Origin: Limnothrix sp. BL-A-16
GTDB taxonomy: Bacteria; Cyanobacteriota; Cyanobacteriia; CACIAM-69d
DNA length: 64,000 nt
Reading direction: 5' to 3'
NCBI GenBank assembly: GCA_041937175.2
Contig: CP166615.1
Location: 2,752,001-2,816,000, forward strand
Shown: piece by piece, positions 31,040 through 41,144 of the stretch
How positions within the stretch are numbered: the stretch's first letter is position 1
How the letters are laid out: every line of letters starts with the position of its first letter
Notes under the pieces: model-generated
Database searches by the model: none
Told to the model about the DNA's origin: nothing
The model's input: the letters and a program-made list of their open reading frames with translations, nothing else
Program-made: the position numbers and the translations under genes

Positions 31040-32896
31040 TTAGAAACGGTAGGTGACGCTGAAATAGACTCCGGAATCTTGGGCATTGGAGCCGCGATCG
31101 TCCAAATCCACCAACGGCAGACCGTAATCTAAACGCACCAGGAAATCCGTGAAGGGTTCCCACAACAGCCCTGCTCCCGCGCCGATCAGAAACCGCTGAT
31201 CTGGGATGGAGTTGGGGTTGGTGCTGTGGTTCCACACATACCCCGCATCAATGAAGGGAGCCAAGGTGAGGGTGGGCGCGCCGGAGGAGTCGCGCAGCAG
31301 GGTAATGCGATCTTCCACGGACAGCCGAAAGCCGTTATCGCCCGATCGCACGTTTTGACGGAACCCGCGCACGGACTGCCCCCCACCGATCACAAACTGC
31401 TGTGAGGCTAATAATTCATCAAAGGCCAATTGCAAATCCGCTTGCAGAATCAGCAGATGGGTGGGATTCAGACGCTGAATTCGCTGAACCGTGCCGTTCC
31501 AGCTCAAAAACTGCCCGTCGGGGTCGTCGCCGCCGTTAGTGGTGGCATCCAACAGGCCGGTTCCTAGGTTGAACTGCGATCGCAACAACCAGGCTCCATT
31601 GGGGTCACGGCGCAGGTAATCTTGCCCAAACCGCAACACACTGGTGATGCTGCGGCCGTCTTCGTCGGGGCCAATGCCAAAGGGAAAGCCCACGTCATCA
31701 AACAGGAAGGTTTGACCGCGCTGGTGACTGAATCCGAGGGAAAGGGCAAATTCTTCGCGGGGCGATCGCACGAGGGGCTGGCGGTAAGTTACTTCATACA
31801 GTTGGGATTTGCCACGAATTCCCAATTCCGCAAACTGGGGCTGCACAATTTCGTTCCAGTTGGGCGAGAACCGAAACTGGATCGTGCCTTCCATGGGGTT
31901 CACGGGCAGACGATAGCCAAAATCCAGCACGTCGGCTCCGTCTTGCCAGGTGTGGCTGTAGCTGAAGCTGGCTTCATCGCCAATGCCCGTCAAATTGCGA
32001 TATTGCAGGGCGAGGATGCCGCGTTCGGAACCAATGCTGGGGGGCGAGTAGTTGTCGGTGCTGATGCTGCCGCGCAAAGCTTTGGCTTCGGTGACTCGGA
32101 CGGTGAGGACACTTTCGCCGGGGCCGTTGCCGGCTCGCAGGCTGGCCTCGATCGTCTCCAGCAGTGGATTGGCCTTCAGCAGCCGCAGTTGGTCTTCCAG
32201 GTGGGCGGCGTTGAGGGGGCGACCGGCTCCCAGTTGAATGCGCGATCGCAGGTAATTTTGGCTGAGGCGCTGGGTTCCTTCAATCCGAATATCCGAGAGG
32301 TAGCCTTCAATGACGGCGATTTTGGCAATCCCATCGGGGCCGATCGTCTGTTCAGGCACGTAGGCGCGGGAGGTGAGATAGCCCGCGTCCAAATAGCGCT
32401 GGGTGATGCTGTCGGCCAGGGATTGCAGTTCGCTGAGGGTGAGTTCGCGGCCTTCGCTGGGTTGGGTCAGGGCGGCCAGTTCGGCGGCCGAAAGCCAGGT
32501 GCTGCCTTCCACCACAATTCGCTTCACCAAAAAGCGGGGCGCATTGGGATCCACCGTTTGGGGTGGCGTGATCGGGTTGGGCGAGTCGATCGCGGGGCGA
32601 TCGTCCGGCAGGGGTTGCAGCGGGTCTGGGCCCGTTTGGGGAAACCGATCGCGGTTGAGGTCAGGAACCGGGCGGGTGTCGGGAGGCAGTTGGGCCAGCC
32701 GTTGGGGCCTTTGGGTGGCTTCCGGTTCGATCGCCCAACTCGGTGCGATCGGCCCCCACAGCCCCCCCGCCCACAGCAAGGATCCCAGGCCTTGGGCGAT
32801 CGCGATTCGCCCTAATGCCATCTTCACGTTCGTCCGTTTCGTTGCCATAACCCATGTCACCGTCTGCGCAAGTACTGTGCCGCCGTCAACCATCAT
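31040..32896 (-). CDS. ShlB/FhaC/HecB (TpsB) two-partner secretion outer-membrane protein
   Basis: POTRA domain (Y...GY.TSRA.VP.Q...G...I.VIEG), GG..SVRGF, C-terminal YRF; start uncertain. Confidence 0.93.
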   Translation of the reverse strand: MMVDGGTVLAQTVTWVMATKRTNVKMALGRIAIAQGLGSLLWAGGLWGPIAPSWAIEPEATQRPQRLAQLPPDTRPVPDLNRDRFPQTGPDPLQPLPDDRPAIDSPNPITPPQTVDPNAPRFLVKRIVVEGSTWLSAAELAALTQPSEGRELTLSELQSLADSITQRYLDAGYLTSRAYVPEQTIGPDGIAKIAVIEGYLSDIRIEGTQRLSQNYLRSRIQLGAGRPLNAAHLEDQLRLLKANPLLETIEASLRAGNGPGESVLTVRVTEAKALRGSISTDNYSPPSIGSERGILALQYRNLTGIGDEASFSYSHTWQDGADVLDFGYRLPVNPMEGTIQFRFSPNWNEIVQPQFAELGIRGKSQLYEVTYRQPLVRSPREEFALSLGFSHQRGQTFLFDDVGFPFGIGPDEDGRSITSVLRFGQDYLRRDPNGAWLLRSQFNLGTGLLDATTNGGDDPDGQFLSWNGTVQRIQRLNPTHLLILQADLQLAFDELLASQQFVIGGGQSVRGFRQNVRSGDNGFRLSVEDRITLLRDSSGAPTLTLAPFIDAGYVWNHSTNPNSIPDQRFLIGAGAGLLWEPFTDFLVRLDYGLPLVDLDDRGSNAQDSGVYFSVTYRF

Positions 32897-33140
32897 CGCG
32901 ATTTTGACATGCGGTTTAGTAATTGCCTAGCGATGGATCCTCACGGATCCTGCGTGATTCTAACTATTGACGACGATGAGCGCTTTTGTCGATTTTTGGG
33001 CATTTTTCGGCAATAGGAGGGATGATTTTCTCCAAATGATTGAATCGGTTTTGAAAATTCACCTGATCCACCAAATTGGCAAATTTAATTCATAAACCCA
33101 ATCATCTTGCCTTGGCTTTTGATATCCGTTAGATACTGGT

Positions 33141-34355
33141 TTATGGCGCTGAGAATGGTTCGACTTCGGCCCCAACTTCGGCTTCTTCCAGCACTTGCAA
33201 GCGAACGACCCGATCGCCCCCACCGGCCAGGGGAACGCTGACTTGCTCGCTGGACAGGGTTCCCAGGCAGCTAATCAGATTGCGGAGATGGGGGGTGCTG
33301 GCTCCGCTATCCACCCAGAGTCGATCGGCCAGATCGCGCACCCGTTTCCAACTGCTGTAGGTTTTGACGATCGCCTGCTCCAGTTGGGCCGCTTGGTTCA
33401 CCAAGTCCGCCGCCAAATTCAAGCTGCCGAGCCGCAGGGCTTCCTCCAGGGCCTGTTCTAGATCCAGTTCCGGGCGATCGAGTGCCGCAACTCGCGTGGC
33501 CGCATCCAAATATCGCGCCAGAAACTTGGCTTGGGCCGTGGCCTGTTTCACCGTTTCTTTGTCCGGTTGGTCTTCAATTTCCTCGCGCAGGGCCACCTGA
33601 TGCACTTCAGGGAGCTTTTCCATTTCCCGCACCAGGGGCGCAAGGTAGCGGGCCGGCAGGGAATGTTCGGCGGCTTTGATGCGAATGTTTTCGGGCAGCA
33701 GCTCGGAGGTGGCGGCCTGCCACTCATCGGTGAGGCGACGAACGGTGTTGGTGGCGATCCGATCGCCCTGGTGAGCCGCGGCCACCACCATGTGCTGCAC
33801 TTCGGCGGGGGCTTTGGCCGTGGCCACAAAGGCACGCTTGCTGAAGTGGCGAAGGGTTTCCGGTTCCAGCGCGTCTTGATCCATTAGCCGATCGGCGCTG
33901 TCGGCCAGCTCAATCAGGCTATAGGCTTGACTTTTGCTGATTTCACGATCCTTCAGCCAGTTCAGGAAGCCCGTGCCCCGGCCATCACCGCTGCGTTTTT
34001 CCCGATCGCGCACAATTCGCAAAATCCGTCCCCGCCAAATATCCGTTTGCAGGTCGAAGCGATCGCAAACACGCCAGGCATTGTCAATTTGGATTTGAAA
34101 ATCGCTGAAGCTGATTTTGTCGTCTTCCGGATCCGGCAACTGCAAACTCAGATCTGTGGGTGACTCCAAATCCTCGGTGGTTAAGGGTGGGCGGGCCACC
34201 GGCTCGATCGCGTCGGGGGCCAAGTCGGCGGGCATTGCATCGGGATAGTCCATGGGGGTGCGGGCGATCGCAACAGCCGGATCATTATGCGGCCGATCGG
34301 GAAGGATCGATCGCCCCGTCGATGGCGGGATCGGTTGCCCCGTTGATTGGGCCAT
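33141..34355 (-). CDS. conserved cyanobacterial hypothetical protein
   Basis: Long ORF with [26 protein letters not shown] and FSKRAFV.TA; start uncertain. Confidence 0.8.
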   Translation of the reverse strand: MAQSTGQPIPPSTGRSILPDRPHNDPAVAIARTPMDYPDAMPADLAPDAIEPVARPPLTTEDLESPTDLSLQLPDPEDDKISFSDFQIQIDNAWRVCDRFDLQTDIWRGRILRIVRDREKRSGDGRGTGFLNWLKDREISKSQAYSLIELADSADRLMDQDALEPETLRHFSKRAFVATAKAPAEVQHMVVAAAHQGDRIATNTVRRLTDEWQAATSELLPENIRIKAAEHSLPARYLAPLVREMEKLPEVHQVALREEIEDQPDKETVKQATAQAKFLARYLDAATRVAALDRPELDLEQALEEALRLGSLNLAADLVNQAAQLEQAIVKTYSSWKRVRDLADRLWVDSGASTPHLRNLISCLGTLSSEQVSVPLAGGGDRVVRLQVLEEAEVGAEVEPFSAP

Positions 34356-35574
34356 TGATTGGGCTACTTGGGCTACTGATTGGGCCGTCGATCACTTCAT
34401 AGAGGGTGTCCCGCTGGCGAGCCGGTCGGCCCAAGGCGGCGATCGCCCCGCGCAAATCCTCCGGGCTTTGGCAAGTCCCGCCCGTGGCTCCGGCCATGGT
34501 GGTGATGTGCTCTTCCATCAGGGTTCCGCCCAAATCATTGCAACCCCAACGCAAGGCTTCGGTGGCTCCCGCCAGACCCAACTTCACCCAACTGGGCTGG
34601 TGGTTGGCAATCACCGGGCCTAGGTACAACCGCGCCACGGCCATCAAGATGAGGGCATCGATCAGGACTGGCTGATCGCGGCCCACCCGTCGCCGCAAGG
34701 CCGGTGGTGCATCTTGGCCCACGAAGGGCAGCAGAATGAACTCCGTGATCCCCCGATCGCCCCGATCGCGCGATCGGTGCTGGAGCGATCGCAGGTGTTC
34801 CAAATGGGCGATTTGTTCAGCGGGGGTTTCAATGTGACCCGAGAGCAGGGTGCTGGTGGTGGGCAATCCCAGGCGATGGGCCGTTTCCACAATCTCCAAC
34901 CAGGTGGCACTGTTGATTTTTTCTGGGCACAAAATCCGCCGCACCGAATCCACCAACACTTCCGCCGCCGTGCCGGGCATTGACCCCACCCCCGCGTCTC
35001 GCAGGGCCCCAATCACAGCCGCCAAGGACAGCCCATCTTCCCGGGCAATAAATTGCACTTCTTGGGGCGAAAAGGCGTGCAGATGCAGTTGGGGAAAGGT
35101 GTCTTTAATCGATCGCACCAGTTGCAAGTAGTAATCCAGCGATCGCCCTTGATGTTTTGCTTCGGGGTTCAATCCCCCTTGCATACAAATTTCCGTGGCT
35201 CCCCGGGCCACCGCGTCGGCGGCTTTTTCCAAAATTTGCGCCCGATCGAGCCAATAGGCCCCCGCCTGATCCGCATCCCGCCGAAACGCACAGAAATTGC
35301 AATGCTGCTCGCAAATATTGGTGAAATTAATATTGCGGTTGATCACGTAAGTGACCGTTTCGCCGGCCTGTTGCTGCCGAAGCTGATCCGCCACCGATCG
35401 CAGCCGATCGCGCGGGGCCGAATCCTTGGATTGATAGGCCGTTTCCAGCAACGCCAACCCTTCAGAGGGCGACAGCAACGCACCAGCCAAAGCCCGTTCC
35501 AGGGCCTGATCAAATGCTGCCAACTGGGCGGGAGATGGGGCGATCGAAGCCATCATAGGGGAAGCCAAACGCAA
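34285..35574 (-). CDS. cofH: FO (8-HDF) synthase subunit CofH, radical SAM
   Basis: [63 protein letters not shown]. Confidence 0.93.
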   Translation of the reverse strand: MRLASPMMASIAPSPAQLAAFDQALERALAGALLSPSEGLALLETAYQSKDSAPRDRLRSVADQLRQQQAGETVTYVINRNINFTNICEQHCNFCAFRRDADQAGAYWLDRAQILEKAADAVARGATEICMQGGLNPEAKHQGRSLDYYLQLVRSIKDTFPQLHLHAFSPQEVQFIAREDGLSLAAVIGALRDAGVGSMPGTAAEVLVDSVRRILCPEKINSATWLEIVETAHRLGLPTTSTLLSGHIETPAEQIAHLEHLRSLQHRSRDRGDRGITEFILLPFVGQDAPPALRRRVGRDQPVLIDALILMAVARLYLGPVIANHQPSWVKLGLAGATEALRWGCNDLGGTLMEEHITTMAGATGGTCQSPEDLRGAIAALGRPARQRDTLYEVIDGPISSPSSPINGPINGATDPAIDGAIDPSRSAA

Positions 35575-35736
35575 TGATGGCCAGTTTAAGGGCTAATCAA
35601 CGGATGGCTAAAGATGGCTAATGACCAGGCGATCGCCCAGGGCCAGAGCAGCGCAACCGCTCCACCATCCCGGATTCGCCCAAGACTGCACCCAAAATTT
35701 TGCCCCCAGGATCAGCCCATCGGACAGCCTTGAACC

Positions 35737-36091
35737 TAGGGCCGGTCATCATTTCCTGGAATCCAGTGAAAATGGTTGATCTTCCATACCCTAACCACCC
35801 TAAACAAGGGGCTTAAGCCCCTTGTCCCTCCACGATCTCGGCACGGTGGAATCAGAGTTTCAGGCAATTTGGCGACAAGCCCTAAGCCCCTTGTCCCTCC
35901 ACGATCTCGGCACGGTGGAATCAGGGTTTCAGGCAATTTGGCGACAAGCCCTAAGCCCCTTGTCCCTCCACGATCTCGGCACGGTGGAATCAGGGTTTCA
36001 GGCAATTTGGCGACAAGCCCTAAGCCCCTTGCCCCTCCACGATCTCGGCACGGTGGAATCAGAGTTTCAGGCAATTTGGCGACAAGCCCTA
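35737..36091 (+). mobile_element. MITE family C (TAGGGCnnGTC...GACnnGCCCTA) with a tandemly amplified right arm
   Basis: Left arm TAGGGCCGGTCATCATTTCCTGGAATC; core palindrome at 35805-35824; right arm ending GGCGACAAGCCCTA; related copies at 45780-46171 (reverse) and 55434-55580. Confidence 0.75.
35814..36089. repeat. 4 x 69-bp near-identical tandem repeat
   Basis: Units start at 35814, 35883, 35952 and 36021; they differ only at A/G and T/C positions and have no spacers. Confidence 0.95.
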
Positions 36092-37243
36092 GCGCGTGGC
36101 TTCCGGCGGAGCAATGAAAGAATCCAGGGTTTCGGCCTCCGTGGCGGGAGCCGCTTGGGGCTGGTCGGATTTGGTGGGCGGAGACACCACCGCTTCCCGA
36201 TCGAGAATCACCGGCTTGAGCGGTTGCGAACTGGCACCAGGAGCCGAATGGGAAACCCAAGCCAACCCACTGGCCACCATCACCCCGTAGCCCGCGTAGA
36301 GATGCCAAGGCTTCAGTTCCAAAGCAGGGTTGGTGCTGCGATCGCGCTGCGACCAATCGGGAACCACCGCCACCGATTCCGTTCGGGGCAACGCGGCCGC
36401 CAATGCCTTGCCATCCAGGCCCAATGCTTCCGCCATGCGCTGCACAAAACCCCGTACATAAATCTGCTCCGGTAAGCGGCTCAGGTCGCCGGACTCGATC
36501 GCCTGTAAATGGCGCAAAGGAATATGGGTGCGCACATGGATTTGCTCCAAGTTGAAGCCCAACTGTTGCCGAACCTCGGCCAAGGTGCGACCCATGGCCC
36601 GCAAACTCTCATCCCAATCCATGGGATCCATCTCCGGTAGGGTAATGGTGACGACCGATCGGGGACTGCTCAGGGGATTGCTCAGAGGCTTGGGTGCTAC
36701 ATCGTTGAACTGTGAATGATTCAGGGCTGAATTGTTCAAACCTGAATCACTCAGCCCTGAGCCGTTTCGCTCTGTTTTCCGGGGTGCTTTTCCCTGGGGC
36801 ATGGCATCAATGATCGGCTGCTGGGTAGCGGTGTTCTGGTAATCCGGCTTGGCCCAAGTTCCTTCAAACACGTTCATCAACAACTCAGGCAAATCAAAAG
36901 GGTTGTCAGTGGGGGCCGGCACCATGGTGGGATCCGGCCAAAGACCAATCGCCCCAGCCTGTTGGCGGGCGATCGCTAAACCGGCGGCCGGAGTCATTGG
37001 CTCTTGCAGGGCGATCGGCATGGCCATCGACTGGCCGCAGTGCAACGCAAGCCGCGCCGCCTCCCGTCCCACCATCACCAAGACCCGACGAGCCGCCTCC
37101 GCCGATTCACCCAACAAATCCTGCAAGGAGGCGATCGCCTGCTGATAAACCAAACTGCGCGTTAGTTCCGCTTCAATTTGCCCCAACAAAACATCCGTTG
37201 GTTGGGTATCTGGTAACCCTGGCGGTGTGGCTTGAGCAAGCAT
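36089..37243 (-). CDS. XRE/RodZ-like helix-turn-helix domain protein
   Basis: G..L...R...G..L.Q....T.I....L.AIESGD...LPE..YVRGFV...A..LGLD followed by a hydrophobic segment. Confidence 0.85.
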   Translation of the reverse strand: MLAQATPPGLPDTQPTDVLLGQIEAELTRSLVYQQAIASLQDLLGESAEAARRVLVMVGREAARLALHCGQSMAMPIALQEPMTPAAGLAIARQQAGAIGLWPDPTMVPAPTDNPFDLPELLMNVFEGTWAKPDYQNTATQQPIIDAMPQGKAPRKTERNGSGLSDSGLNNSALNHSQFNDVAPKPLSNPLSSPRSVVTITLPEMDPMDWDESLRAMGRTLAEVRQQLGFNLEQIHVRTHIPLRHLQAIESGDLSRLPEQIYVRGFVQRMAEALGLDGKALAAALPRTESVAVVPDWSQRDRSTNPALELKPWHLYAGYGVMVASGLAWVSHSAPGASSQPLKPVILDREAVVSPPTKSDQPQAAPATEAETLDSFIAPPEATR

Positions 37244-37361
37244 GAAATCCCCTCCTGGCTGGCTGATCTACTGCTTCCAGTCGGTGGGGCCAGTTTCAGG
37301 AGAATTTCCAGGCGAGCGCGTTAAATAACGGCAATTGCGAACGGAATTCGTCAAGACTGAT

Positions 37362-37375
37362 GTAGCAACTGCTAC
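37362..37375. promoter_or_regulatory. candidate NtcA box
   Basis: GTA-GCAACTGC-TAC matches GTAN8TAC about 120 bp upstream of the HTH gene; no canonical -10 at 22 nt seen. Confidence 0.35.
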
Positions 37376-37593
37376 TGTTTTTCCGCATCCTTGCGCCGCT
37401 GTGATGCTTCAAACTGCCGAAACGGCCGTCAGCGGATGGGGGAAAGTCAACCGGATCGGGGTTATGCAACGGTTGCCGATATATCGCAAGCTGGCCGATC
37501 GATTCGCAATAGTGGCCTGCGGATCTTGTGTTTCGAGTTTGTTTTTTCGAGTTTGTCTTTTTGAGCTTGTCTTGATTGCTCAGGCTGCCATTC

Positions 37594-38460
37594 TTAGGTT
37601 GTGCCCCGAAACAGACCTTGCGGCCGCACCAGCAACACCAAAACCATCATCACCAGGGCCACAGCCATCTTGTATTCCGTGGGCAGCCAATAGGTGCTGA
37701 CTTCCTGGGCAATCCCGATCGCCAGGCCACCCACGATCGCCCCGTAGGGATTGCCAATGCCGCCCAAAATCACCGAGGCAAACATCGGCACAATCAAAAA
37801 CCAACCCATATTGGGGCGCACGGCCGTTAGTAGCCCATACATACCGCCACCCAAAGCCGTCAGACCAGCGGCAATGATCCAAGTCCACAGCACCACCCAA
37901 TCCACGTTGATGCCGGTCACCCGCGCCAAGTCCACGTCATCGGCCACGGCCCGCATGGCCTTGCCGACCTTGGTGTTTTGCAGGAGGTAATGCAACCCGG
38001 CGATCGCCAGGGCCGCCAAACCCACCACCACAATGTTGTAAAACTTGACCTTCAGCCCCCACAGGTCAAAGGCTGCGGCCACAGGTAGGTCATAGTTTTG
38101 GTTGTTGCCGCCCCAAATCAGGACGATCGCGTTACGGAGGAACAAGGCCACCCCGATCGAAATGATGATCAAGGTGGTGGAGTTGGCGCGGCGTTGGCGC
38201 ATGGGTTGCCAAATCGCCACTTCGCTCAGCAGGGACACGCCAATGGTGCCCACGGCTCCGAGGGCGATCGCTAGCCAAATATTCACCCCCGCGCTGTTGG
38301 CAACCCAAGCCAAGTAGGCTCCGAGGGTCATCAAGTCCCCATGGGCGAAGTTTGACAAGCGCAAAATGCCGTAGGTGAGGGTTAAACCCACGGAGGCAAG
38401 GGCGATGATGCAGCCGACGGCGACCCCGTTAATTAGAAACTGAACCAGTTGCAGATCCAT
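37594..38460 (-). CDS. branched-chain/neutral amino acid ABC transporter permease (LivH/NatD-like)
   Basis: GLTLTYGILRLSNFAHG, T..GKAMRAVAD...A...GIN, LGGIGNPYGA, RPQGLF. Confidence 0.95.
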   Translation of the reverse strand: MDLQLVQFLINGVAVGCIIALASVGLTLTYGILRLSNFAHGDLMTLGAYLAWVANSAGVNIWLAIALGAVGTIGVSLLSEVAIWQPMRQRRANSTTLIIISIGVALFLRNAIVLIWGGNNQNYDLPVAAAFDLWGLKVKFYNIVVVGLAALAIAGLHYLLQNTKVGKAMRAVADDVDLARVTGINVDWVVLWTWIIAAGLTALGGGMYGLLTAVRPNMGWFLIVPMFASVILGGIGNPYGAIVGGLAIGIAQEVSTYWLPTEYKMAVALVMMVLVLLVRPQGLFRGTT

Positions 38461-38614
38461 GAGCGATCGAGGGCGATAATGCTAGGCTGGGCGACGGTTG
38501 CCAGTGTACCGCTTGGCCAAGCGTCTGGAAATTGGCTTGCGCCCCGGCCGCGCTCTTGGAGCGTGCTTGTTCAATGTGGTTTCAAGGCAATTTCAACGTC
38601 ATTTTCAAGAGTCT

Positions 38615-38809
38615 ATGACACTGCAATTTACGGTTCCGAGCATGGCCTGTGCTTCCTGTGCGGCGGCCATTACCCGCGCGGTGCAGGAGGTGGATCCCCA
38701 AGCGACGGTGCAGGGCGATCCGGCCACCAAGCAGGTGATTGTGGAAACCCAGTCGGCGGAAGGAACGATTCGCGAGGCGATCGAGGCGGCGGGCTTTCCC
38801 GTGGGCTAA
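38615..38809 (+). CDS. heavy-metal-associated domain protein (Atx1/CopZ-like copper chaperone)
   Basis: MTLQFTVPSMACASCAAAI...AGF. Confidence 0.9.
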   Translation: MTLQFTVPSMACASCAAAITRAVQEVDPQATVQGDPATKQVIVETQSAEGTIREAIEAAGFPVG

Positions 38810-38912
38810 TCAACGGCCCATCGTTGACGGGGGCGGCGATCGGGATCGATCGATGGGCAATCAGTATTGATCGATGTGCAATCAGTGGACTGGCGATCGG
38901 TAATTTGCAGTC

Positions 38913-40991
38913 ATGGCAGGAATTGGGGTGACAACGGTGCAAAGCAAGCAAGCACAAGGTCGATCGAGCCGGTGTGGCTACGGGCGATCGGGTCAGCAAT
39001 CCAACCAAACTGGCCTTGGCCGCTGGTGGCTGGGGGTGGGTGGGGCGATCGTCCTGGGGTGGGGGGCAATGCCTGGCCTGGCCCAAACGGCTCCCCAACC
39101 CCGGATGCAAGCCGCTAGCCTGAAGTCTGTTGCCCCGATCGCCTTACCCAGTGCAGCATCTGGGCCCATGGATTCTGAATCCACCAATTCAGAATTAGCC
39201 GCTGAATTAGCAAAAGAGTCTGGAAAATCAGCAAATTTTGGATCGATGGGTTCTGTGTCAAACGGTTCTGTGTCAAACGGTTCTGAATTCACCGGTTCCG
39301 AGTCCTTGAGCGAGGCCGATTCCCTGTTGCCGCTGTCGGTAATTGCCCAAGTGGCGGCCGGGGCGGAAACCAGCACCCAAATCACGGTGAATGGTCGATC
39401 GATTCCCAACAGTTGGGCCAGTTGGGCCCGCTGGAGCGAAAACGGCCAAACCCGCATTGGCCTATCCGACGGGGCGATCGCCCAGTTGGTGGGAGCTGAC
39501 TTGCTGGATACCAATGCGCCCGATCGCCAGCCAATTCAATGGTTTTCGCCCATGCCTGTGACCTTGGCGGCTCGGCAGGTGGGTGCTTTTCGCTATTTGG
39601 ATATCACCGATTGGGCCCGCGATCGGGGATGGCAGTTGCGGCCCAACGGCAGCACCCTGGACATCACCGCCGCCGTTTCCACCCTCCGAGCCTTGCGCCA
39701 AGGCAATCAGGCTTGGGGCCCGCGCTATGTGCTGGACTTCGATCGGCCCACGGCGGTGCAACTGGAAGAAGACGGCAGCACCCTGATCGTGGCCCTCGAT
39801 GCCCGATCGGCCCTGCCGCCCAACAGCAGCACCCTCGACATCACCGCCGCCGGGAACCGCACCATCGTTCGCATTCCCATCCCCAGCGGATCGCGGCCCA
39901 GGGCGTTCACTCTGGTGCAGCCCGATCGCCTGGTGATTGATCTGCGGCCCGATTGGCTCCCCAGCCGTTCGATCGCCTGGGCCAATGGCCTCACCTGGCG
40001 GCAGCAATACCTGAGCCTTGGGTCTGCTCGGTTTCCGGTGCAGTGGCTGGAGCTGAACCCGCGCCAACCGGGCCTGCGGTTGCGGCCCCTGCCGCCCAAT
40101 GCGGCCGGCCAAACGGGTATTGCCCCCCTTGTGCAAACCATCCGCCAGTGGGAAGCGCCCGCCGGCATCAATGGCGGTTACTTCAACCGCAACACCCAAC
40201 TGCCCTTGGGGGCCCTGCGGCGCGATGGCCGGTGGCTGTCGGGCCCCATTTTGGGTCGTGGGGCCGTGGGCTGGAATGATGCGGGACAGTTCTTGTTCGA
40301 TCGCCTGCAACTGCGCGAGCAAATCAGCGCTGGCAGCCAAAATTGGACGCTCACCACCCTCAACAGTGGCTACATTCAAGGGGGCATCGCTCGCTACACC
40401 AGCGATTGGGGCAGCAGCTACAAAACCCTCAGCGATGGGGAATTGGGCATTTTGGTGCAGGGCGATCGGGTGGCGCAACAGCTCACGGGGGGCCCGGCCG
40501 GCAGCAGCAATTTTCCGATTCCGGCCAATGGCTATCTGTTGGTGGCGCGATCGCTCTCCAGCGTGGCGGCGGCCCTGCCCGTGGGAACCACCCTGCGGTT
40601 GCAAAGTAGCAGCACCCCCAGCGGCTTTGACGGCCTACCCCAGATCATTGCCGCTGGCCCCCTGATGCTGCAAAACGGGCAAATTGTCTTGGATGCCAAG
40701 CGCGAAGGCTTCAGCGATGCCTTCATTGTGGAGTTGGCGGCGCGCAGTGGCTTTGGGCAAACGGCCGATGGTCGGTTGTTGGTGGTGGCTGTGCAAAATC
40801 GCGTGGGCGGTCGCGGCCCGTCGCTCTCGGAAATGGCGCAATTGATGCGGCAAATGGGGATTGTGAACGGGGTGAATCTTGATGGCGGCAGTTCTACCAC
40901 GTTGGTGGTGGGTGGGCGAATTGTCGATCGCCCATCCCGCAGTGCGGCCCGAGTCCATGGTGCGCTGGGCATTTTTCTCAACAGTCCCTAG
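38913..40991 (+). CDS. phosphodiester glycosidase (NAGPA-like) family protein
   Basis: RLVIDLR, GINGGYF, AGP.L, ARSG.G, NLDGGSST. Confidence 0.9.
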   Translation: MAGIGVTTVQSKQAQGRSSRCGYGRSGQQSNQTGLGRWWLGVGGAIVLGWGAMPGLAQTAPQPRMQAASLKSVAPIALPSAASGPMDSESTNSELAAELAKESGKSANFGSMGSVSNGSVSNGSEFTGSESLSEADSLLPLSVIAQVAAGAETSTQITVNGRSIPNSWASWARWSENGQTRIGLSDGAIAQLVGADLLDTNAPDRQPIQWFSPMPVTLAARQVGAFRYLDITDWARDRGWQLRPNGSTLDITAAVSTLRALRQGNQAWGPRYVLDFDRPTAVQLEEDGSTLIVALDARSALPPNSSTLDITAAGNRTIVRIPIPSGSRPRAFTLVQPDRLVIDLRPDWLPSRSIAWANGLTWRQQYLSLGSARFPVQWLELNPRQPGLRLRPLPPNAAGQTGIAPLVQTIRQWEAPAGINGGYFNRNTQLPLGALRRDGRWLSGPILGRGAVGWNDAGQFLFDRLQLREQISAGSQNWTLTTLNSGYIQGGIARYTSDWGSSYKTLSDGELGILVQGDRVAQQLTGGPAGSSNFPIPANGYLLVARSLSSVAAALPVGTTLRLQSSSTPSGFDGLPQIIAAGPLMLQNGQIVLDAKREGFSDAFIVELAARSGFGQTADGRLLVVAVQNRVGGRGPSLSEMAQLMRQMGIVNGVNLDGGSSTTLVVGGRIVDRPSRSAARVHGALGIFLNSP

Positions 40992-41121
40992 AGGATGTCT
41001 GAAAAGCCAAAATTGCTACTCTGTCCGCTCCAGTGATCGACGTAGACAAGGGGCTTGAGCATCTTGCCCCCACAACTATTGGTGTTTGGCACAGGCCAAA
41101 AGATACTTTTCAAACATCCTC
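40991..41121 (+). mobile_element. MITE family B
   Basis: GAGGATGTCTGAAAAGCC...CTTTTCAAACATCCTC; CTA duplication; core CAAGGGGCTTGAGCATCTTG at 41047-41066. Confidence 0.88.
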
Positions 41122-41144
41122 CTAGGCGATCGGTGTTTTCGCCC

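Noticed and set aside
31622..32815. 397-aa + strand ORF, and similarly 39462-40604 -, 14881-15705 + and 4630-5397 +
   Set aside because: Antisense to well-supported genes in GC-rich DNA.
35814..36089. CRISPR array interpretation of the 69-bp periodic repeats
   Set aside because: Units are near-identical along their whole length with no unique spacers and no cas genes; they match MITE arms elsewhere in the window.
35736..36475. ORFs with 23-aa repeats (35736-36356 -, 35776-36117 +, 35822-36475 +)
   Set aside because: By-products of a 69-bp (multiple of 3) non-coding repeat; they overlap a real gene.
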